Part shown: positions 11,692 to 21,760 of the stretch, piece by piece | Position numbering within the stretch: position 1 is the first letter of the stretch | Layout of the letters: each line of letters starts with the position of its first letter | Assembly (NCBI GenBank): GCA_963716725.1 | Contig: CAVQUB010000015.1 | Coordinates: 1-64,000 of the forward strand | Length of the DNA: 64,000 nt | From: an uncultured delta proteobacterium | GTDB taxonomy: Bacteria > Myxococcota_A > Polyangia > Polyangiales > Polyangiaceae | Direction: 5' to 3' | Translations under genes and position numbers: made by a program | Notes under the pieces: model-generated | Database searches by the model: none | What the model saw: only the letters and a program-made list of their open reading frames with translations | What the model was told of the DNA's origin: nothing

Positions 11692-12380
11692 TCACGAACG
11701 CGCGCCTTCGCGCTCGGCCTCGACGCGCCAGCCGCGGGCACGCCAGTCGACGACGCCTTGCTCCATGACGGTGGGCCGCGAAGCCCTTCTTGCGCAGCAG
11801 CTCGACGGCCTCGACGGCCATCACGCAGTAGGGGCCGCGGCAGTAGGCGACGACCTCGCGGTCCTTCGGCAGCTCCTTGAGCCGGGCCTTCAGCTCGCCG
11901 AGCGGAATCGAGAGCGCGCCGGGGATGTGCCCCGCGCGGTACTCCTCGGGCGGCCGCACATCGAGGACGGTCACCTCGCCGTTCCTCACGCGGCGCAGCA
12001 GCTCGTCGCTCTCGACGGCCTCCATCGCTCCGCGCTCCTCGAAGTACTCGCGCGCGACCTGCTCGACCTCGGCGAGGCGCGACTCGGCGAGCCCGCGCAG
12101 CGCGAAGAAGAAGCGTGCAGACCTCGTCGTCGGCCAGGCGGTACTCGACGTAGAGCCCCTTCTTCTCGGCCTCGACGAGCCGCGCAGCGCGGAGCACCTG
12201 CAGGTGCTGCGAAGCGTTCGCGACGGAGATGCCGGCCTGCTCGGCGAGCGCTTCGACGGTCCGAGGGCCCTGGCAGAGGAGGTCGAGCAACTCGAGCCGC
12301 TTGGGAGCCGAGATGGCTTTCCCGAGCCGAGCGAACTGCTCGTAGATGCTGTCCTTGAACCGCCGAGGGGGCATCGTCAT
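11692..12380 (-). CDS. ArsR/SmtB regulator fused to a rhodanese domain, frameshifted
   Basis: N-terminal RLELLDLLCQG...SQHLQVLR HTH; C-terminal LDVRPPEEY..GHIPGA and YCRGPYC. Confidence 0.88.
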
Positions 12381-12387
12381 GCGCTCA

Positions 12388-12416
12388 AGTATTCAACCGG
12401 ACGCTTGAATAGTCAA
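12388..12416 (-). promoter_or_regulatory. sigma70-like promoter with overlapping operator dyad
   Basis: Minus strand TTGACT-N17-AATACT, 7 nt before ATG 12380; dyad tattcaa-N8-ttgaata at 12390-12411. Confidence 0.7.
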
Positions 12417-12803
12417 GACGGACTTCCGTTCGGGCAATCTCGGCCTCGCGCCGCCCGGGCGCCACGGGCGCGTCGTGCCGGCCGACTGGCGCTTCCGGTC
12501 CGGGCCAGCCGCGGCCGACGCACCTGAGGGCCACGTTGGCGCCGACGTGGCGCTCGTCGGGGTGGCCTGTGCTCGCGCCGCTGAGCGCGGCGAGCGTCGC
12601 GAGTCGCGGGTGCCGCCCCATGCGCGACTGGACGGCGCGAACGCAGAGAGCCGTCCCGGGCGGGCGCGCTCAAGCACCAGGAATCTCGGCCTTTCGCTCT
12701 CTGCTGGACGGTGCGATTCTCGGCCGCGTGTCCCGCAGAACGCCCCAAAGAGAGGTTCGCAAGCCGCTCCCTATGCGGAGCACAAGTCCACGGTAGTGGA
12801 AGC

Positions 12804-12838
12804 AAACGCGAGCCCTCAAAAGCTCGCGTTTTTCTTTT
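12804..12838 (+). terminator. Intrinsic terminator-like hairpin
   Basis: aaacgcgagc-N8-gctcgcgttt followed by ttctttt. Confidence 0.6.
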
Positions 12839-12856
12839 GCCATTCGGGCGCGCGCC

Positions 12857-13545
12857 TCATGCGATTGCCGCGAGCATCGCGACGTCCCTTCTCCCACCGG
12901 GCTTCTTCGGCGTGATCAGGAGCCGCTCGCCATGCACGTCGACGTGGTCGATGAGGTGGAGCGCGTGGGTCCGGCCGATGTCGTGGCCGCGCAGGATGAA
13001 GTTCCGCCACGCCGTGATGACCTCAGCGGTCGGCGGCCACCGGTGGCGGTGCGCGAGCATTCCCGCTCGCTCGGGCGAGCACACCACGTCGGCGATCGCC
13101 GTGAGCACGGCGCCGTCCAGGTCTTCGACGCGCACGCGGAAGCCCGGGCACGCCTTCTTCCCCGCACGCAGCGTCTTGCGGCAGTTGTAGCAGCAGTACG
13201 AGTAGGTCGCGCCGTCGAGCGACTTCCCCGAGGTCTCGAGCTGGTAGCTCGACCCGCAGAGCCCGCAGCGTGCAAGGCCGGTGAGGACGCGCGGCTTGGT
13301 CGATGCGCGCCCCGGCAACTCGGTCGGGCGCCGCTGCTCGCAGAGCTCTTCCACGAGCGCGTGGGTCTTCGCGCCGATGATCGGCTCGACGGGCAACGTG
13401 ATCCACTTGTCCGGTGACTGGAGCTTTCCGCGATGATGCACGCCCCAATGCACGACTCCACCTGCCGCCGATTGCTGGAGCGTCTGGATCACGGCGCCCT
13501 TGTCCCAGAGGCTCCCCTTTCGCGTGCGAAAGCCGCGCGCAATCG
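12857..13545 (-). pseudogene. Large serine recombinase fragment (recombinase domain end plus zinc ribbon; no catalytic N-terminus)
   Basis: RGFRTRKGSLW, VEPII, LTGLARCGLCG and YNC...KKACPG; no resolvase domain upstream. Confidence 0.75.
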
Positions 13546-13630
13546 ACAGCCTCCGCGACCATCTGAAGGGGCGAGACCGTCTCGCCGCCATCGCCCTGGA
13601 GCGCGCAGGGCTCGTGCCGCGCGTCGTCCC

Positions 13631-13759
13631 CTACGCCTTCGAGACGTGCGCGGGCGACAGCTGGAGCAACTCCTGGAACGGCCGCTTCGTCGCTCGCGCG
13701 TGATTCTGGAGACGCGCCTGCACCGAGGTCGCGAGGTTCGTAACGTTCTTGACCGTCAC
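13631..13759 (-). pseudogene. AbiEii-like toxin N-terminal fragment (type IV TA)
   Basis: Manual translation VTVKNVTNLATSVQARLQNHARATKRPFQELLQ; GTGA overlap with the upstream fragment. Confidence 0.7.
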
Positions 13760-13983
13760 TGCGTGGCCTCCAGGTAAGGTCGCATCGCGCGCTCGACGTG
13801 GCGCATGCGGGCGTACTTCAGCAGGACGTCGAGCTTCCTGCGGCCGCGTTCACGCCAGAGCCGCAGCGCCTCCAGAGCGACGTCCATACCGAGTTGGTTC
13901 CGGTAGCGGAAGCAATCGACGAGGGTCTTCTCGGGGTCGTAGATGCGGACGGGAACGCCATCGAGCTCGTGCGTCTCTATGCC
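13756..13983 (-). pseudogene. AbiEi-like antitoxin C-terminal fragment (type IV TA)
   Basis: Manual translation GIETHELDGVPVRIYDPEKTLVDCFRYRNQLGMDVALEALR...MRPYLEATQ*. Confidence 0.78.
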
Positions 13984-14348
13984 CGCGTGAAGAACGCCCG
14001 CTGGAGGAAGCGCAAGCCAGCGAGGGCCTGGTCGACGCGCGCCTCCGAGAGCGCGCCGATCCGCTCGCCGAGGCAGGTCTTCTCGACGGAAGAGACCTGG
14101 GACACGACGACGACGCTTTGCTTCGGCAGGCCTCCCTCGGCGGGCTCGAGGAGCAGGTTCCCGGGCTCGGTCGCCTTCGCCAGATTCGTCGTCAAGGCGC
14201 AGACGACGACCGTCGAGATTCGTGAGTGGTTGAAGACATCATCCTGCACGACGACGTGGGGGTGCGAGTAGCTCGGCGCCGGTCCGCGTGAGTCATCCGG
14301 TGCGATCCAGAAGATGTCACCGCGGTTGATGGTGGGAGCGTCGCTCAT
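13977..14348 (-). CDS. PemK/MazF-family endoribonuclease toxin
   Basis: INRGDIFW, HPHVVVQDDVFN, VVVCALTTN and KQSVVVVSQ. Confidence 0.88.
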   Translation of the reverse strand: MSDAPTINRGDIFWIAPDDSRGPAPSYSHPHVVVQDDVFNHSRISTVVVCALTTNLAKATEPGNLLLEPAEGGLPKQSVVVVSQVSSVEKTCLGERIGALSEARVDQALAGLRFLQRAFFTRA

Positions 14349-14352
14349 GGGT

Positions 14353-14547
14353 TCAACTCGCCTCCGCCGCCAGCGCAGCAATCACGTCTGCCTGCGACGA
14401 CAGCACGCCAGCCTCGTCGTGACGCCCAAGGCTCACGTACTCAGCCGCCGCATCTCGTCGCTCGCAGATCTCTCGCTCGACGATGGAGCTGACTGCGTCG
14501 GGATTCAAGACCAACCGTACGACCTCTCCTGCGCCCAGGCCGGCCAC
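14353..14547 (-). pseudogene. Probable C-terminal fragment of a short YqeY-like helical protein
   Basis: GLGAGEV...ER.DAAAEY..LG..DEA..L pattern; no convincing N-terminus or SD. Confidence 0.4.
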
Positions 14548-14748
14548 GCCTCCCGCGAATATCCGCCGACTTCTTCGCTACCCACCCGGTCTTCACGCAC
14601 GAGGAGCACCTCGCGGCGCGTGGGCATGGTCGCAACCGAAGGCAAGGTGCGCAGCAAGGCGCTCAACGTGAACAAGCGCCTCGGCGGCGCCGCCGTCGAC
14701 GACCAAGAACCGCCCGCCTAGGATCGGGCTCGCGAGCCCGGGCCCGTC

Positions 14749-15729
14749 TCAGTCAGCGCCCCGGGGTTTAGCGGCGCGCTTTCGAGAGGCGCGGCGGCGC
14801 GTCGACGTCGGCCGCGGAGACTCGCTGGCGTCGCTCGGCTCGGCCATCGCGATGCGGCGTGCTGTCTCTGCGGCCGCGCGCACGAGGGGCGCGAGCACAT
14901 CGGCCGGACTCGCATCACCCTCCCAAGTGGTCGGCGCACCAAGCTGCCGTAGCACGGCGCCGTGGGTGAGGGGATCGTCGAAGCTGAAGTGCAGGGCCGG
15001 CAGTGGCTCGCGCGGCTTGTCGTAGTCGCCCGCCCTCAGCTTGCCGAGCATCACGGTCGGAACTTCGATGCTCACGTCTTGCGGAGTCCGCTTGGACTTA
15101 CCGCCCTTCTTCGCTGTCGCCCCGCTGACGCCGCCCCGTGCAGCGCGGAGCGCGTCGATCACTTGATCCTTGGTTCTTCCTCGTAGCTCGAAGAGCAGGA
15201 AAGGATCGCCATCTAGCGCCTCGCCGAGCACGTAGTGCGTGGCCGCGACGTGCTTGCAGGGGTCGCCCCAGTCCGGACACGAGCAGCTCGTCTCGAGGTC
15301 GGATCGCTGCTTGGGGAACAGGCTCGCGCCCGCCTCGACGAAGACCTCGTCGATCGCCTGCGGCATCTGACCGGCCAGAAGCTCGGCCGAGAACTGCGCC
15401 TTCTTCGCCAATCCGTCGATGGCCTTCTTCCAAGCAGGCCCGCTGAGCTCGGTGAGCGCGATGGTGATCTTGTACGGCGTGGCTCGCGAGCCCGTGACCT
15501 TGGCAGTGACCTTGCCACCCTTGACAACGAGGTCGTGCGTTCGTCCGGCGCGCGCGTAGGTTCGACCCCGGGCGAGTCGCGCCGAGTCCCCTCGCAGCAC
15601 GTTCTCGAGCGCCTCGATCCAGCGCTGGCCCCACCATGTGGTGCCCGCCTTCTTCATCCGGATGCCGCGCTCGGGCGGCGGCTTCTTGGGCGCAGGCTCG
15701 TGCCAGCCGAAGCGGTTCCAGCGACTCAT
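14749..15729 (-). CDS. SWIM zinc-finger protein
   Basis: CSCPDWGDPCKH, WWGQRWIEALE and RLARGRTYAR. Confidence 0.92.
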   Translation of the reverse strand: MSRWNRFGWHEPAPKKPPPERGIRMKKAGTTWWGQRWIEALENVLRGDSARLARGRTYARAGRTHDLVVKGGKVTAKVTGSRATPYKITIALTELSGPAWKKAIDGLAKKAQFSAELLAGQMPQAIDEVFVEAGASLFPKQRSDLETSCSCPDWGDPCKHVAATHYVLGEALDGDPFLLFELRGRTKDQVIDALRAARGGVSGATAKKGGKSKRTPQDVSIEVPTVMLGKLRAGDYDKPREPLPALHFSFDDPLTHGAVLRQLGAPTTWEGDASPADVLAPLVRAAAETARRIAMAEPSDASESPRPTSTRRRASRKRAAKPRGAD

Positions 15730-18700
15730 GGGCGCACCTCGCTGCGGACGCGCGCTGAGCGTGCCTTCGTTCGCGGTTTCGGCGGTGCGGACGAACCAGA
15801 CTCTTCGTCATCACCGTCGGCCACCGCTCCCTCGGAGAGCGAGAAGAGGTCGCGAAGCTCAGCGGCCGCCGAGCTCGGTGATCCACTGCTCGCCGGCGCC
15901 GACGACCTTCGACGCGAGGTCACGCTTCTGCTCGAGCAGCCGATCGATCTTTTCCTCGACGGTGCCGGCGCAGACCAGCTTGTGGACCTGCACAGCGCGT
16001 TTCTGGCCGATGCGATAGGCGCGGTCGGTGGCCTGGTCTTCGACCGCGGGGTTCCACCAGCGGTCGTAGTGGAAGACGTGGCTCGCCGCAGTGAGGTTGA
16101 GGCCGGTGCCGCCCGCCTTCACGGAGAGCACGAAGATGCGCGGGCCGTGCGGCTCTTCCTGAAAGCGCCGCACCATCTCGTCGCGCGCCTTCTTCGGCGT
16201 GCCGCCGTGGAGGAACACGACCTGGCAGCCGAGACGCTCGCTGAAGTGCTGGACGAGCTTGTCGCCCATCTCGCGGAACTGCGTGAAGACCAGCGCCTTG
16301 TCACCGGCAGCCATGGCTTCTTCGAGCATCTCGGTCGTGCGCGCGAGCTTGCCCGAACGCTTCGAGAGCGGACCGCTCTCGCCGAGGTACTGCGCCGGGT
16401 GGTTACAGATCTGCTTGGTGAACGTCAGCAGCGCGAGGACCTGCCCCCGCCGCGCGATGCCGTCCGAGGCCTCGATGCGCCGCAGCTCCTCGTCGACGAC
16501 GGCCTTGTAGAGCGTGGCCTGCTCGCGCGTCAGGGTGCAGACCACCTTCATCTCGTTCTTCGGCGGCAGCTCCTGAATCACGGTCGGGTCGCTCTTGAGG
16601 CGCCGCAGGATGAACGGGCCCACGATCCGGCGCAGGCGCGCGGCCGCGTCGTCGTTTCCGTAGCGCTCGATCGGCAGGGCGAAGTCCCGCCGGAAGGCCT
16701 CGAGCGTTCCGAGCAAGCCAGGGTTCGCGAACTCGAGGATCGACCACAGCTCCGCGAGGCGGTTCTCGACGGGCGTGCCGGTGAGCGCGAAGCGGTGGCT
16801 CGCGCGCAGAGCCCGCGCGGCTCGTGCCGTTGCCGACGCGGCGTTCTTGATGTTCTGCGCTTCGTCGAGCGCGGCGACGGACCAGTCGATGCTCGACAGG
16901 AGTTCGGCGTCGCGGCGCAAGAGGCCGTAGGTCGTCAGGACCAGCGTCCCGGGCTTCGTCGGGACGTCGCTCGCCGATCTCGCCCGCGACGTGCCGTAGT
17001 GACGCACGACCTCGAGTGACGGCGCAAAGCGCTCGATTTCGCGCTCCCAGTTTCCAACCACCGAGGTCGGTGCGATGAGCAACGCCGGTCGCCCATCGCG
17101 GCGGGCTTCCTCTTTGCGGCGCAGGAGAAACGCAAGGAGCTGCATCGTCTTGCCGAGGCCCATATCGTCAGCGAGGCACGCGCCGAGACCGAGCGACGCC
17201 ATGGTGACGAGCCAGTTGAACCCGCGTTTTTGATACGGGCGTAGCGTCGCCTGCAACGAACCCGGTGCGCCGAGCTCCTTGGCGCCACCGTTGCGCAGAC
17301 CTTCCACCAGCTCGGCCACGACGCCCGACGCAGTGACCGCGACCGACAGCCCGCCCTGTTGCGTCTCACCAGCGAGCACGGCTTGGATCGCTTCACGCGC
17401 TGTCAGCTTCGACGTGCCACCGGCGAGGCACTTCTGGATGTCGCCGAGTTCACGCGGGTCGATCGCGACCCACGCACCGCGAAACTGAACGAGGGGCGCC
17501 TTCTGCTTGGCCAGCGCAGCGAGCTCCCGCGCGGTCAGCGGCTCGTCACCGATGACGGCTTCCCAGTCCACGGCAAGCACTTCGTCGAGCGCGAGCCCTG
17601 CGGCACTGGCCACGACGCCGGCCACCTTCTTTCTGCTGCCTCCCACGCGCATGCGCAGTCGAAGGCGGCGTTGGCCAGCGGCCGTGAGCTCACCGGGAAC
17701 GATGACGCCGAAGCCCGCGTCCGCGAGCAGAGCAGCTCCGTCACCGAGGAAGGTCCACGCCGTGGCTGGGTCGAGATCCACCGACTCGGGGCGCGCCTCC
17801 TCGAGTGATCTCGCAAGCGGCGGAAAGAGCCGGGAGGCACGTCCGAGCGCCTCGAGCAGAGACTCCTGCGGATCACGGAAGGCGCGCCCGAGCTTTTCGA
17901 GGCTACGCCCCTTGGTCTTCCACACGTCCGAGGCGGAAACGAGCAGGCTGGGATCGTCGGGTGACTGGAGCAGGAAGCGCAGCACGAAGGGCTCGCCATC
18001 GTTCACCGGCAGCTCGAGGCGAAAACATGCGCGGAGCCGGTCACGTGCGCCGAGGGCCGGCTCGCTCCAGCGCGCGAGCTCGTCGGCGACGGAGCGCTCC
18101 GCGAAGCCGTCGGTCTCGAAGCTCCGCTGGGCTCCGCCAAGGGCCGTGCGCCAGCGCTCGGACCAGGAGTCCGGCTTCCGTCGCGGCGCCTTCGCTCGCT
18201 CAGCGTGCAGCGATGGTCCCCCGCGGGCGGTGCGCACCAGCGCATCGACGACGGCGTCGAGGTAGGCCCGCAAGAGCGCATCGGGCGCCCACACCGCGCC
18301 GGAGCGATCGCCGGCCGCCGGCACGGCGTGAGCTGCAGGGGGCATGCTCCTGGCGAGTGACGCGACCTTCGCTGCATCATCGCTCCCGACGAGCGCCGCG
18401 GCCCAGCGGGCCTCGAGCCGTTCCCCGCGTCGCGCGATGGTCGGCACCACCCGCTCGCGTGCCACGAGGTCCATCGCGAGCTTGCTCGCCAAGACCCACG
18501 TCGCCACCGAGCCCGGCAGGCTCTGGATGGCGGCGGCCGGGACGACTGCGAGCGTTGCCATGGTGTCGAACAGGGGGAGCTCGAGGCCCGCTGTCTCGCG
18601 GAGTCCCTCGGGCGCAAGCAGCGTCGTGGACGAGGCCTCACCGCTCTGGCCGAGGCCCGGTAGCTCGGGCGGCGGGTGTTCTGAACCCCAGAGGAACAAG

Positions 18701-18732
18701 GACTCGATGTCTGGCAGGTACACGAGCGGCAT
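15726..18732 (-). CDS. SNF2-family helicase/ATPase (frameshift ~15865)
   Basis: LRPYQ, LADDMGLGKT, LDEAQNIKN, TGTPVEN and DRWWNPAVEDQATDRAYRIGQ; the C-terminal LRDLFSL frame ends at 15726 overlapping the SWIM start. Confidence 0.92.
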
Positions 18733-18924
18733 CGGCCGCGCATACATGCCACACGCCCCCATTCCGGAGGAGCCGAAGTCGTTGGCGGGCTGGGGTTTGG
18801 TCGCCGCAGGCGCTTGCCGTCAGGTCGACGAAAGCCCCGGCGACGATCTTGGCGAAGCTCGCTGCCGTTCGAGGACTGCCGCCTCCGGCCCTTCACTGCC
18901 CGACGGTTGCGAACGTTTGAACGA

Positions 18925-18964
18925 TTGACGGAGTGGTTTCGGTGTTCTATCGTATTACGACGAT
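18925..18964 (+). promoter_or_regulatory. ars promoter and likely ArsR operator
   Basis: TTGACG-N17-TATCGT; dyad atcgt-N6-acgat at 18949-18964. Confidence 0.65.
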
Positions 18965-19310
18965 GAGAGGCGTTGCCCCCGCCAGCGAGCCCTGCTGTCC
19001 GCCCGCCAACGAGCAGGCGGACCTGCGGTCGATCGAGGGCGAAGAGGCCGACGAGGAGCTTGCGATCCTCTCCAAGGCTCTCGGGCATCCGGCGCGCGTC
19101 AAGATCGTCCGCATCCTCCTGCGCAAGGATGCCTGCATCTGTGGCGACATCGTGGATGAGCTGCCGCTCGCCCAGTCGACCGTCTCGCAGCACCTCAAGG
19201 TGCTCAAGGACGCCGGCCTCATTCGGGGCGAGGTCGACGGCCCGCGCGTTTGCTACTGCATCGAGCCTCGGGGGCTTCGGCGCCTGAGGGCCCTGGTCGG
19301 GGGGCTGTGA
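18963..19310 (+). CDS. arsR: ArsR-family arsenic-responsive repressor
   Basis: [28 protein letters not shown] and an N-terminal CC; heads the ars operon. Confidence 0.9.
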   Translation: MRGVAPASEPCCPPANEQADLRSIEGEEADEELAILSKALGHPARVKIVRILLRKDACICGDIVDELPLAQSTVSQHLKVLKDAGLIRGEVDGPRVCYCIEPRGLRRLRALVGGL

Positions 19311-19365
19311 TGGCCTTCGCACGCCCAGAACATCGTTCATCGCCGATAATCGAAAGGACCGCCCC

Positions 19366-19757
19366 ATGCCCGTGACCATCCGCGTCTTCGACCCTGCCAT
19401 GTGCTGCTCCACCGGCGTCTGCGGCCCGAGCGTCGATCCCGACCTGGCGCGCTTCGCCGCCGACGTCGACTGGCTCCAGAAGCAAGGCGTGGCCGTGGAG
19501 CGCTTCAACCTCTCGGCCGCAGCCCGCGGCGTTCGCAGAGACGCCTGCGGTCAAGGAGGCGCTCGCTCGTGGAACCGAGGTGCTCCCGCTCGTGCTCGTG
19601 GACGGGCGCATTGCCGTGGAGGGGACCTACCCGTCGCGCGAGACCTTGGCGGCGCTCGCCGGCGTGGTCGTCAAGAAGCTCGAGACGGCGCCTGCGGCGT
19701 CGACCGGTTGCTGTGGTCCCGAGCACGGGAGCGAAGTCGAAGAGCGGCTGTTGCTGA
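19366..19757 (+). CDS. arsD: Arsenite metallochaperone ArsD (frameshift ~19517)
   Basis: FDPAMCCSTGVCGP; C-terminal GCC. Confidence 0.9.
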
Positions 19758-19768
19758 AGGAGCGCGCC

Positions 19769-21557
19769 ATGGACTTCCTCGAACGCGCGCCGCGAAATCT
19801 CTTCTTCACCGGCAAGGGCGGCGTCGGCAAGACCAGCGTCGCCTGCGCCACCGCCATCGCGCTCGCGGAGCGGGGTCGAAGCGTACTGCTCGTCAGCACC
19901 GATCCGGCATCGAACCTCGACGAGGTGCTCGAGACGTCCCTCGGCGGCGAGCCTCGGCCGATCGCCGGTGTGCAGGGACTCTCTGCGCTCAACATCGATC
20001 CCGAGGCCGCGGCCCACGCCTACCGCGAGCGGATGGTCGGGCCGTACCGCGGCGTGCTGCCAGAGGCGGCGGTTCGCAGCATCGAGGAGCAGCTCTCCGG
20101 AGCCTGCACCGTGGAGATCGCCGCGTTCGACGAGTTCTCGAAGCTGCTCGGTGGCGAGCGCGCCACGGCGAACTTCGACCACGTCGTCTTCGACACCGCG
20201 CCGACGGGGCACACGCTGCGGCTTCTGGAGCTGCCTGCAGCGTGGACGGGGTTCCTCGAATCCAATGTCGGCGGCACGTCGTGCCTCGGTCCGCTGGCGG
20301 GTCTCAAGGCCCAGCAAGCGCTCTACGACAGCTCGCGCAAGGCGCTCATCGACGGGAGCCGCACAGCGCTCGTGCTGGTGTCGCGCGCCGACCGCTCGGC
20401 GCTGAACGAGGCGGAGCGAACGCGCAGCGAGCTCTCGGCTCTGGGCGTCGAGCGCCAGGAGCTGGTGATCAACGGGATCTTCCGCGCCCAAGACCTGACG
20501 GACCCGGTGGCGCTCGCGATGGAGCGCCGAGGCAAGGACGCCCTCGATGCGATGCCCCGCAGGCCTCCGCGCCCTCGCCCGGACCGAGCTGCCGCTGCTT
20601 GCCTTCGGTCTGGTCGGGCTGGCCGCGTTGCGAAAGCTGTTCGCGGCGCCCGAACCAAGCCCGGCCGGCGCCCCTGTGGTCCTTGCGGTCCCTGCGGTGC
20701 CGGCGCCGGCGATCGCACCTCTCGCCCAGCTCCTGCCGGCGCTCGAGGCCGGAGGCCACGGCGTCATCATGACGATGGGCAAGGGCGGTGTCGGGAAGAC
20801 GACCGTGGCGGTCAACGTCGCCGTGGAGCTCGCCCGACGTGGACACGAGGTTCACCTGACCACAACTGACCCCGCTGCACACGTCGAAGAAGCCCTTGGT
20901 GGTGCGGTCGACGGCATCCGGGTGAGCCGCATCGATCCGGTTGCCGAGACGCGCGCGTATTCCGAAGAGATCATGCGCACGGCGGGTGCCGACCTCGACG
21001 CGGCCGGGCGGGCGCTGCTCGAGGAAGACCTCCGCAGCCCGTGCACGGAGGAGATCGCCGTGTTCCGTGCCTTCGCCCGCATCGTCGATGATGGCGAGCG
21101 CGGCTTCGTCGTGATCGATACGGCGCCGACCGGACACACGCTGCTCCTGCTCGACGCGGCCGAGTCGTACCACCGGGAGGTGCTTCGCACCTCGGGCTCG
21201 GCACCCGAGGAAGTGCGGCGGCTGCTGCCTCGTTTGCGAGACCCCGCGTTCACGAAGGTCCTGCTGGTCACGCTTCCGGAGGCCACGCCGGTGCACGAGG
21301 CCGCGGCGCTCCAGCGCGACCTCCTGCGCGCGGAGATCCGCCCCTTCGCCTGGGTCATCAACCAGAGCCTCGTGCCGCTCGCCGTCACGGATCCGGTGCT
21401 GAGCCGACGTCGTGCAAACGAGGCGCGCTACCACGCCGAGGTTTCGGAGCTCTCCTCGCGCGTCGCCGTGGTGCCGTGGGCGCCTCCGCGCGCCGCGCAG
21501 ATGAGGCTCGACTTCTTCGCGGAGGCCGAACGTGCCCGCGCCGAGGCGGCACCATGA
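19769..21557 (+). CDS. arsA: Arsenical pump-driving ATPase ArsA (frameshift ~20557)
   Basis: Two GKGGVGKT and two DTAPTGHT motifs; SGACT and SCLGP. Confidence 0.93.
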
Positions 21558-21760
21558 CCGCTCCGTCGCTGCCGATGACCTGCGCGGTGAGCGCGGAGAC
21601 CCGAGTGGGCGGGCAGGCTGTCGCGCAGGCCCGAATGAGCACGATCCCTTTCGACGGGTCAGCTCGGGCAGGCGACGCACTTCCGGGTCCGGCCGACCTG
21701 CGCCGCGCCGCGCTCTCCGCGTGCGTCCTCATCTCGCCGCAGGGGACTCCGCTGTCATGA
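21554..21760 (+). CDS. Small ORF (68 aa) translationally coupled to arsA and acr3
   Basis: ATGA overlaps at both ends; no family recognised. Confidence 0.35.
   Translation: MTAPSLPMTCAVSAETRVGGQAVAQARMSTIPFDGSARAGDALPGPADLRRAALSACVLISPQGTPLS

Noticed and set aside
12630..12657. Third copy of the repeated leader (ggcgcgaacg)
   Set aside because: Only ~10 bp match in high-GC DNA and no downstream SD or gene.
12754..12784. Intact tRNA gene
   Set aside because: No D or anticodon arm, and T-arm spacing is wrong; kept only as a possible att relic.
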